The notes under the pieces are model-generated. The model saw nothing but the letters and a program-made list of their open reading frames with translations. It was not told the origin of the DNA and made no database searches. A stretch of 64,000 nt of DNA from assembly GCA_021604525.1 (NCBI GenBank), contig BQJD01000017.1, positions 11,231-75,230 on the forward strand, in the 5' to 3' direction. The position numbers were made by a program, and so were the translations under genes. Origin of the DNA: a marine bacterium B5-7. GTDB lineage: Bacteria; Pseudomonadota; Gammaproteobacteria; Arenicellales; CAJQKF01. Below, piece after piece: positions 57,061 through 64,000 of the stretch. The stretch's first letter is position 1, and each line of letters begins with the position of its first letter.

Positions 57061-57876
57061 GTGATGCAGTCAGATATTCCTGGTAGAGATTCTTTAGCTA
57101 GCGCAACGATACTGGTGACTCGACCCAAGGCACAGGCTGCTCGTCTGGTGACACTGGTCGAACAGTGTGGTGGGCAGGCGGTCGTGCTGCCGCTAATTGA
57201 TATCGTCGCAGCGCCGCAAAGTATCGAGCTCGATCGGCTACTCAATGAAATCAATCGCTTCGATATATTGATTTTTGTCAGTCGCAATGCGGTTGACCAT
57301 GGGATGATGTTGATGCGCAGGCTTGTGGCGACGCCATCGCCCCGGGCAATCATTTTAGCGGTGGGTTCCGCTACTGCTGCGGCACTTGAGAATCTGGATT
57401 TCAAAAATGTAATTCGTCCCGAAGGCCGGTCGAACAGCGAAGAGCTGTTAAAATGTGAAGCACTAAAGCATGTTGCCGGTCGCTCTGTATTGATATTCCG
57501 TGGTCAGGAAGGTCGCGAGTTGATAGCCGATAGCCTGCGTCGGCGTGGCGCTGTAGTGGAATATGCGTCGGTGTATCAACGCGTTGCCACACATCTTGAT
57601 ATTCGGATATCGTTGAAGGCCTGGCTAAAATGTGATCAACCCATGCTGGTACTGACCAGTGCCGCTGCTGCCGAGGTTTTAATGGAGCGCACGCCCGAGG
57701 ACCTGGCGACACAAATGCGTCGAATACCGTTGGTTGTATTTAGCGAACGCCTCGGCGAGCGCTTACGGCACGCCGGCTGGAAGGGTCCCATCGGCGTATC
57801 GGAGCGCACCAGCGACGCCGGCATCGTGGCAACTTTAGGCGCGCTACACCAACTTAACTTGAAGCACATGAGCTGA
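57061..57876 (+). CDS. hemD: uroporphyrinogen-III synthase
   Basis: Position between hemC and hemX, length of about 270 aa, and HemD-like blocks (ILVTRP, FVSRNAV, SAAAA). Confidence 0.8.
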   Translation: MMQSDIPGRDSLASATILVTRPKAQAARLVTLVEQCGGQAVVLPLIDIVAAPQSIELDRLLNEINRFDILIFVSRNAVDHGMMLMRRLVATPSPRAIILAVGSATAAALENLDFKNVIRPEGRSNSEELLKCEALKHVAGRSVLIFRGQEGRELIADSLRRRGAVVEYASVYQRVATHLDIRISLKAWLKCDQPMLVLTSAAAAEVLMERTPEDLATQMRRIPLVVFSERLGERLRHAGWKGPIGVSERTSDAGIVATLGALHQLNLKHMS

Positions 57877-59054
57877 TGGCCAATAACACCTCATCCTCCG
57901 GCAAAGACGAATCTGTATCAGACCAGCCCGGTAACGTCGAATCGCCGGCTGTACCGCCAACTACGACCTCCAGTAGCACAAAGGCTCCGCAGCGTTCCCC
58001 AACAGGGTTCAACTGGCTGTCCATCGCCGCGCTCGCTGTTGCCATCATTGCACTGGTCGCAGCAATTTTTGCCTGGTATCAGGTGGCCGTAACTGGCCGT
58101 CTGGAAGTCGGCGCCCAGCGCTCCAGCGTGGATCGCGTGGTGTCGGAATTCACTGATATGAAGTCACACCAAACCGGCCAGGACGAGGCCATTGCAGCGC
58201 TTCGCGGAGAAGTGGCCAAGGTTGCAGATGAAACTCGTGACGCTGTCGATAAAGGGATGCGTTTGCAGGACGAAAATCTGGATCGTTTCCGCGAGGAGTT
58301 CAATACGCTAAAGCGATCGGTCGAGAAGGTTTATGAGGACTTTGGTCGTTCAGTGGACACCTGGTCCCTTGAAGAGACCGAACAACTTTTATTGTTGGCC
58401 AATCAACGGCTGTCGTTGGTTCGCGATGTCCACCTGGCGAGTACCGCGTTACGATTGGCCGACAGCAAGCTCGAGGAGATCGGTGATCCTGCCTTGCTGC
58501 CGGTTCGTCGACAAATCGCTGATGAACTGGCGGCCCTGGCTGAAGTGCCCGGGATTGATGTGGCTGGCAATGTATTGGCGCTCGACGCATTGGCCAAGAG
58601 AGTGCCGCGACTGCCGCTGTCGGAGGATATGAATCGACCCGAATGGCAGACCGGCGAAGCAAGTACTGACGATACCGCTGACACCGGCCTCAGCGAAGTG
58701 GGTCGCCAGATCCTCGATGATCTCCAAAAACTGGTGCGAGTCCGCAAGGTTGAGGAAACCCGCCTGCCAAAACTCAAGCCCGTGCAACGTTTCCTGGTAG
58801 ATGAAAATCTGCGTGTCATGTTGAATGCCGCCCAGTACGCATTGCTGAGAGGAGACATCGAAGTCTTTAAAAATCGAATTGATGCCGCCCGTCAGTGGCT
58901 CGACCGTTATTTTGATGTCGGTGACGATGCGGTGATCAAGTTTGCTGGTGAACTTGATCACCTGGCAAGTCAGCCCATGGCGGTCGAGTTACCTTCAATC
59001 AGCGCATCGTTAGAGCTCCTGCGTCGCCACATCGATGAGCGCACCAGCCAGTGA
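57876..59054 (+). CDS. hemX: HemX-like membrane protein (uroporphyrinogen-III C-methyltransferase-annotated family)
   Basis: Single TM helix (LSIAALAVAIIALVAAIFAWY) followed by a long coiled-coil periplasmic part. Canonical position in hemCDXY. Confidence 0.7.
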   Translation: MANNTSSSGKDESVSDQPGNVESPAVPPTTTSSSTKAPQRSPTGFNWLSIAALAVAIIALVAAIFAWYQVAVTGRLEVGAQRSSVDRVVSEFTDMKSHQTGQDEAIAALRGEVAKVADETRDAVDKGMRLQDENLDRFREEFNTLKRSVEKVYEDFGRSVDTWSLEETEQLLLLANQRLSLVRDVHLASTALRLADSKLEEIGDPALLPVRRQIADELAALAEVPGIDVAGNVLALDALAKRVPRLPLSEDMNRPEWQTGEASTDDTADTGLSEVGRQILDDLQKLVRVRKVEETRLPKLKPVQRFLVDENLRVMLNAAQYALLRGDIEVFKNRIDAARQWLDRYFDVGDDAVIKFAGELDHLASQPMAVELPSISASLELLRRHIDERTSQ

Positions 59055-60289
59055 ATACGTTGATATTTATTCTGGTCACTCTGGCCGTTGCCCTGGGACT
59101 TGGCCTGGTTGCAATGCAAGACCCTGGCTATGTGTTGATCTCGCGTTCGCCCTACGAGATCGAAATTTCCCTGGCGCTGTTTTTGTTGCTGACGGTATTG
59201 CTGTTCGCTGGTCTGTACCTGCTGGTTCGAATGTTGTTGCGAACTTTTTCTGCGAAGCGAGACTTGCACCGCTGGCGTGTACGACGCCAACGTGATCGTG
59301 CCGGCCGCGATATGCTTAAAGGGTATACGCGTCTTATCGAGGGCGACTTTGCTGAAGCCGAGCGCGAGTTGACGCTGCATGTGGAGAATAGCGATACGCC
59401 TTTGCTCAATCATTTGGGCGCGGCTTATGCCGCCCAGCAACAGGGTGATTATGTGCGCCGTGATCGCTACCTGGATCAGGCCGCTGCCAGCGGACGCGGA
59501 TATCGCGATGCCATTGCCCTGACCCGTGCGCGTCTTGAATATCAGGCGGGTCAACTCGGTGATGCACGCGCGACCATTGATTCAATGCCATCGTCACTCA
59601 AAAAACGTCGTGTGGTGGAACGCATGGAGGCCGAGGTACTGCGCTCTCAGAATGATTTCGATACCCTGCAAAAACGTCTGCCGCTATATCGTCGACACAA
59701 CTCATTCGAAAAAAGCGAATTGGCCGATCTGGAACGACAAACCTTCGCTGGATTGATTTCACATGACTCGCCACCGGCGCGAGATTCGAAACAACTGGGT
59801 CGTGTGTGGTCGTCGCTGCCCAAATCACAACGCGCGGATTCCTCGATGGTATTGGCTTATGCCGGTAAATTGGCGGAGGTTGGCAACGCCAAACAAGCAG
59901 CAGATCAAATCCTGGTCACGTTGCACCATCACTGGGATTCCGAACTGGTGCCACGCTACGCTGCATTATCTATTGATCGGTCCGAGCGAATCCGTCAGCT
60001 CAAGGTGTGGCTGGAGCAGCATCCGGACGACGCCCGGCTGCTTTACTGTCTGGCACATCTGGAAAACGAAGTCGGTGAACGTGAGGTTGCGCAGAAGCAC
60101 TATGCCGAGGCGATCCGCCATGGCGCGCCTCAAGAGGCTTATCTGGAACTGGGCGCGCTACTGGAACGTGCCGGTGAATCCGCCGAGGCGATGCGTTGCT
60201 ATCGTCGCGGACTCGAGGTACGTGCCGGCCGTACTGGCAACGTCAAGCGGGCTGTTCAATCATCGACGGCAAATTCGAAGGAATCATAG
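59051..60289 (+). CDS. hemY: HemY-like TPR membrane protein
   Basis: Two N-terminal TM helices followed by TPR-like repeats. 4-nt overlap with hemX. Confidence 0.8.
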   Translation: MNTLIFILVTLAVALGLGLVAMQDPGYVLISRSPYEIEISLALFLLLTVLLFAGLYLLVRMLLRTFSAKRDLHRWRVRRQRDRAGRDMLKGYTRLIEGDFAEAERELTLHVENSDTPLLNHLGAAYAAQQQGDYVRRDRYLDQAAASGRGYRDAIALTRARLEYQAGQLGDARATIDSMPSSLKKRRVVERMEAEVLRSQNDFDTLQKRLPLYRRHNSFEKSELADLERQTFAGLISHDSPPARDSKQLGRVWSSLPKSQRADSSMVLAYAGKLAEVGNAKQAADQILVTLHHHWDSELVPRYAALSIDRSERIRQLKVWLEQHPDDARLLYCLAHLENEVGEREVAQKHYAEAIRHGAPQEAYLELGALLERAGESAEAMRCYRRGLEVRAGRTGNVKRAVQSSTANSKES

Positions 60290-61269
60290 AACACACGTTC
60301 CGGGTCCAGCCCGGCAGCGGTGAAGTTGATTTTGCCGGCATCGATCATAACCGGTGGGCCGCAGGCATACACCTCGAAACCGCTCAGATCCGGATAGGCG
60401 CGGAGTACGGACTCGTGAACAAAGCCGGTTTCGCCGCTCCATTCATCCACCGGATCAGGTTCTGACAGAACCGGCGTGTAGGTGAGGTTGGGATACTCAT
60501 TTGCCCATTGTTTTAGCGTTGCGTCCAGATACAGGTCGCGAACGCTGCGAACACCCCAGAACAAGTGAAAATCGCGCTCCACGCCGTTGTGAAGCGCCCG
60601 TTCCAGTAATGCCTTGATGGGCGCGAGGCCGGTGCCACCGGCCATGAGTATGGCTGGCCGATTCGAATCCTCACGTAGAAAGAAGATCCCGAATGGACCT
60701 TGAAATCGCAGCAGATCTTTTTCCTTGATTGATTCGAATACGCGCGAGGAAAAATGGCCGTCAGGAACATGGCGGATATGCAGTTCGAGTTCCTGTCCGG
60801 GTGTCGGACGACTCGCCATGGAAAAACTGCGCCGGCGGCCATCACGCAAAAGAATGTCGATATACTGCCCGGCGAAGTATTCGAAGCGCTGACTGGCGGG
60901 CAGCTTGAGATGCATGATCATTACGTCATGGGCGGCTCTTTCAAGGCGGCTGACTCGACACGGCAGGATCTTTATCTGGATCTCGCCGCTGGCGGCGAGT
61001 TCGGCTGCATCGAATTCAACATCGCTCATGGGGAGCGCCTGGCATAGCAGTACCTTGCCTTGAGCCAGTTCTTCCTCGCTGAGTGCCTTGGGTGGATGGG
61101 CGTAGTCGACCTGACCCGATATGAGCGTTGCCTTGCAGGTGCCACAAGTGCCGCCACGGCAACTGTAAGGGAATACAATACTGTTTCGTAATCCCGCATC
61201 GAGCAGCGTTTCGTCGGGGTTGACCTCGAATTGCTTGCCGGTCTTGCGATTGGTTGCGTTAAAGCTCAT
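60256..61269 (-). CDS. 2Fe-2S ferredoxin / FAD / NAD(P)H oxidoreductase (Fre/AscD-like, CDP-6-deoxy-delta-3,4-glucoseen reductase family)
   Basis: Plant-type ferredoxin cysteines CRGGTCGTCK...C, FAD motif RRSFSMAS and NAD motif AGGTGLAPI. Confidence 0.85.
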   Translation of the reverse strand: MSFNATNRKTGKQFEVNPDETLLDAGLRNSIVFPYSCRGGTCGTCKATLISGQVDYAHPPKALSEEELAQGKVLLCQALPMSDVEFDAAELAASGEIQIKILPCRVSRLERAAHDVMIMHLKLPASQRFEYFAGQYIDILLRDGRRRSFSMASRPTPGQELELHIRHVPDGHFSSRVFESIKEKDLLRFQGPFGIFFLREDSNRPAILMAGGTGLAPIKALLERALHNGVERDFHLFWGVRSVRDLYLDATLKQWANEYPNLTYTPVLSEPDPVDEWSGETGFVHESVLRAYPDLSGFEVYACGPPVMIDAGKINFTAAGLDPERVFYDSFEFAVDD

Positions 61270-61361
61270 GAGTAACGTGTCGGTGACATTAAAAGGATCG
61301 CGAATTCTGCCATGGTTATGGATGCTTAACCAGTTTAAAACGCGCCCTCAAAGAGTGCAGC

Positions 61362-62177
61362 ATGCCTGAACTGCCGGAAGTAGAAACAACGCGTCGGGGC
61401 ATCGCGCCCTATCTTGAGGGGCGGCGCATCAAGACAGTGGTGGTTCGCGATCGGCGTCTGCGCTGGCCGGTGCCAGCCGGGATCGAGACACGGCTTGCCG
61501 GTGATCATGTTGAGTCAATCGATCGGCGTGCAAAATATCTGCTGATGCGTACCAGGCGCGGTTGTTTGATGATCCATCTCGGCATGTCCGGCAGCTTGCG
61601 GGTTTTGACAGTGCCTGTCGTGCCACGGCCCCATGACCATGTCGATCTTGTGATGGCCGACGGTGTGATTATCCGCTATCACGATCCTCGGCGTTTCGGC
61701 TCATTTCTGTGGGTCGAGGGAGATCCCCTGATGCATCCGCTACTTAAATTCCTCGGGCCGGAGCCGCTGTCTGACGAATTCGATGCCGATCATCTCTTCG
61801 CATTGAGCAGACGACGTTCGGTTGCGGTCAAGTCGTTTATCATGAACGCCCGCATAGTCGTTGGCGTTGGCAATATCTATGCCAGCGAATCTTTATCCCT
61901 TGCAGCGATTCATCCCCTGCGCGCCGCCGGTCGAATATCGCACAGGCGATATGAGATGTTGGTGCAAGCCATACGCAGCGTGCTGAACCGATCCATCGAA
62001 ATGGGCGGGACAACCCTGCGCGACTTCGTCAATCCGGGCGGCGATCCCGGCTACTTTGAGCAAACTTTAAGGGTGTACGGTCGAGGTGGACTGCCATGTC
62101 TCGACTGCGGACGACCCGTGCGTCAGGTTGTGATCGGTCAGCGAGCGACTTTCTACTGTCCAGGCTGCCAGCGATGA
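61362..62177 (+). CDS. mutM: formamidopyrimidine-DNA glycosylase
   Basis: N-terminal MPELPEVET, H2TH region, and C-terminal zinc finger CLDCGRPV...FYCPGCQ. Confidence 0.92.
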   Translation: MPELPEVETTRRGIAPYLEGRRIKTVVVRDRRLRWPVPAGIETRLAGDHVESIDRRAKYLLMRTRRGCLMIHLGMSGSLRVLTVPVVPRPHDHVDLVMADGVIIRYHDPRRFGSFLWVEGDPLMHPLLKFLGPEPLSDEFDADHLFALSRRRSVAVKSFIMNARIVVGVGNIYASESLSLAAIHPLRAAGRISHRRYEMLVQAIRSVLNRSIEMGGTTLRDFVNPGGDPGYFEQTLRVYGRGGLPCLDCGRPVRQVVIGQRATFYCPGCQR

Positions 62178-62229
62178 CAGTTGATGGGATTGCCGGTTGG
62201 TGACTTTGTTTTATAAGATCTTTACGTCA

Positions 62230-63444
62230 CTAGATCACGCCGTCGTTGGCGAGTCTTTCGATATCGGCATCGTCAAGACCAAGCAGCGTCATCAGTACTT
62301 CGTGGGTGTGCTCGCCAAGGTCAGGGCCGGGCCAGCGGGTCGTGCCGGCCTGTTGTTCAAGTCGTGGCGCAATGGCTGGAATCTTCAGCGGCTCACCGTT
62401 GATCTCTACTTGCTCGAATAAACCGCGGGCAATGAACTGCGGATCGGTCATCATTTCACGCACGCTGTAGATCGGACCCGACGGTACTCGCGCTGCTTCA
62501 AGTATGACAAGTGCCTCGGCGCTGTCCATGGCGGTGGTCCAGGCGGCCAACGCGGCGTCGATCAATCCCTGATGCTCAACCCGTCCATCGTTGCCGGCAA
62601 GTCGCGGATCGGCACCGAGATCGGTACGTCCTATGGCCTCCATCAAACGCTTGAAGATGGAGTCGCCATTGCCACCGATGATGATGTACTTACCATCGCG
62701 ACATGGATAGGTATTACTGGGCACGATTCCAGTCAGGGTCGATCCGGACGGCTCACGCACTACCCCGGCGCCATCATATTCCGGGATAACAGCCTCCATC
62801 AGGTTAAAGATGGATTCGAACAACGAGGCGTCTACCACGTCACCAACACCACTTTTTTTACGTCCGATGATTGCCAGTAAAACGCCCAGTGCGGCATGCA
62901 ATCCGGCGAGGGAATCGCCCATGCTGAGATTCGGCCGAACCGGCGCCTTACCCGGAAATCCGTTGATATAGCGAAATCCGCTGAAGCCTTCGCAAACCGA
63001 CGCGAACCCCGGCCTCGAGGCATACGGGCCGGTTTGACCATAGCCGGATATGCGCGCATACACGAGGCCGGGATTAATGGCCCGCAGTTCTTTCGGCCCA
63101 AGCCCCCACTTTTCTACGGTACCGGGCCTGAAGTTCTCGATTACCACGTCGCAATCGGTTGCCAGCTTTTTGACCAGCGCCTGACCTTGCGGGTTTTTGA
63201 GATCCACCGTAATACACTTTTTGTTACGTGCCAGACTGCGCCACCATAACGACGTGTCGTCCTTCATTACTCGCCAGGTGCGAATCGGATCACCAGACGG
63301 CGGTTCGACCTTGATGACTTCAGCACCGAAATAACCAAGGATCGTGCCGCAAAAAGGTCCTGCCAGCAGTTGCCCCAATTCGAGTACGCGTATGCCTTGC
63401 AATGGGAGGATGGCAGGCGATGACCTGGAGGCGTCCTGATTCAT
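62230..63444 (-). CDS. CoA-transferase family III (CaiB/BaiF) protein
   Basis: LQGIRVLELGQLLAGPFCGTILGYFGAEVIKVEPP, and GD context typical of family III CoA-transferases. Confidence 0.85.
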   Translation of the reverse strand: MNQDASRSSPAILPLQGIRVLELGQLLAGPFCGTILGYFGAEVIKVEPPSGDPIRTWRVMKDDTSLWWRSLARNKKCITVDLKNPQGQALVKKLATDCDVVIENFRPGTVEKWGLGPKELRAINPGLVYARISGYGQTGPYASRPGFASVCEGFSGFRYINGFPGKAPVRPNLSMGDSLAGLHAALGVLLAIIGRKKSGVGDVVDASLFESIFNLMEAVIPEYDGAGVVREPSGSTLTGIVPSNTYPCRDGKYIIIGGNGDSIFKRLMEAIGRTDLGADPRLAGNDGRVEHQGLIDAALAAWTTAMDSAEALVILEAARVPSGPIYSVREMMTDPQFIARGLFEQVEINGEPLKIPAIAPRLEQQAGTTRWPGPDLGEHTHEVLMTLLGLDDADIERLANDGVI

Positions 63445-63508
63445 GGAGTGACGATCTCATGGTGGTGGTTAAGCAACCCGATTATGGTACGTATCGTCGT
63501 CATGCACC

Positions 63509-63536
63509 AAGAAAATGCCGGCCATGAGGCCGGCAA
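63509..63536 (-). terminator. Rho-independent terminator after the USP gene
   Basis: Stem TGCCGGCC (63516-63523) / GGCCGGCA (63528-63535) with a 4-nt loop, followed on the minus strand by TTTTC. Confidence 0.55.
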
Positions 63537-63560
63537 AAAGAGGAGTGGTGATGAAGAAGG

Positions 63561-64000
63561 TTAGTGCGACATTAATACCGGTACTGTCATGTGGTTTAGC
63601 AAATGCCGGGTGACGCCGCCGAGTATCAGCTCGCGGATACGTGAATGACCATAGCCGCCCATGACGATCAGATCGACCCCTTCGTCAGCGGCACGCGATA
63701 GCAAAGTATCGCCAATATCGATATCGCGGGATACGGTGCTGTTAACTACTGTATTCACATCATGGCGCGCCAGGTGAAGACTGATGTCAGAGCCGGCAAT
63801 GCGCTCGTTATCGTCGTCGGGCGGATTAACCGCCATTACAACGACTTTGTCGGCGGTTCGTAACAGCGGCATGGCATCGTGCAGGGCGCGAACCGATTCA
63901 CGCGAACCATTCCACGCCAGCAGTATCTTCTTGCCGATCGTGTCGGCAGTACCCACGTAGGGAACAACAAGAACCGGCCGGCCAACGCCCATGACGACGT
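63561..64000 (-). CDS. universal stress protein (UspA family), N-terminus beyond window edge
   Basis: C-terminal USP domain with the ATP-binding-type motif LIVMGGYGHSRIRELILGGVTRHLL. The frame stays open to nt 64000. Confidence 0.75.
   Translation of the reverse strand, partial: VVMGVGRPVLVVPYVGTADTIGKKILLAWNGSRESVRALHDAMPLLRTADKVVVMAVNPPDDDNERIAGSDISLHLARHDVNTVVNSTVSRDIDIGDTLLSRAADEGVDLIVMGGYGHSRIRELILGGVTRHLLNHMTVPVLMSH

Noticed and set aside
58970-59554. 194-aa minus-strand ORF antisense to the hemX/hemY junction, and ORFs at 58403-58961 antisense to hemX.
   Set aside because: Shadow frames within the conserved hemCDXY operon.
1-64000. Searched by eye for CRISPR arrays, tRNA/rRNA genes, transposases, integrases and phage genes.
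   Set aside because: I found no regularly spaced short repeats. The only repeats are the two-copy 60-mer at 51.7 kb and the coding 33-nt repeat at 55.5 kb. No ORF has recombinase or transposase motifs, and I saw no tRNA-like T-arm/acceptor pattern. Absence is by eye only; tRNAscan or Infernal would be decisive.

Overview
This is a 64-kb chromosomal segment, probably gammaproteobacterial (the hemC-hemD-hemX-hemY order, cca, mutM and uppP point that way). It carries about 60 tightly packed genes on both strands. I recognised no rRNA, tRNA, CRISPR array, transposase or integrase.

Gene order, left to right:
- 5-prime-truncated btuB, translationally coupled to cobU-cobT-cobC
- a SYLF-domain exported protein and a stand-alone 809-aa HerA-like P-loop ATPase
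- a GlxA/AraC regulator, a pteridine-reductase-like SDR, a MidA-type methyltransferase and uppP
- a hybrid histidine kinase with a LuxR-type response regulator, then cca
- a lipoprotein aminopeptidase, an MFS transporter and a GGT-family protein
- a GntR-associated catabolic island of about 10 kb: RutE-like nitroreductase, GST, FAH, a NitT/TauT-type ABC importer interleaved with two VOC proteins, a DapA-like aldolase, an AAE3-like acyl-CoA ligase and a ketopantoate-reductase-like protein
- a TPR-methyltransferase-TPR-GT41 fusion protein of about 1130 aa
- trmB, overlapping a glycoside-hydrolase-like gene, then a second MFS transporter
- an aldehyde dehydrogenase with a tubulin-tyrosine-ligase (TTL) family ATP-grasp protein, then SufE and a flavodoxin-like protein
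- a Lon-N domain protein and a MoxR-DUF58-TgpA operon
- a gamma-glutamylation-type cluster (GS-like, ALDH, Fe-ADH, class I amidotransferase)
- an exported protein built from 11-residue repeats
- hemCDXY, a Fre/AscD-like reductase, mutM, a CaiB-type CoA-transferase and a truncated USP gene

The most unusual signal is a three-member family of exported proteins (38753-39409, 43289-43867, 44378-44932). All three share a long presequence: a twin-arginine motif followed by the block LPxQWxxPVVxxxxLPAHAQTT.
- In the tandem pair, a 42-aa block is identical at protein level despite 17 synonymous nucleotide differences, while the mature Ser/Thr/Cys-rich domains have diverged strongly.
- The third member carries unrelated cargo, has a second internal PAHAQ motif, and lies 18 nt from the TTL-family gene.

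I cannot place this presequence in any signal or leader class I know. All functional links are inference from reading the sequence by eye.
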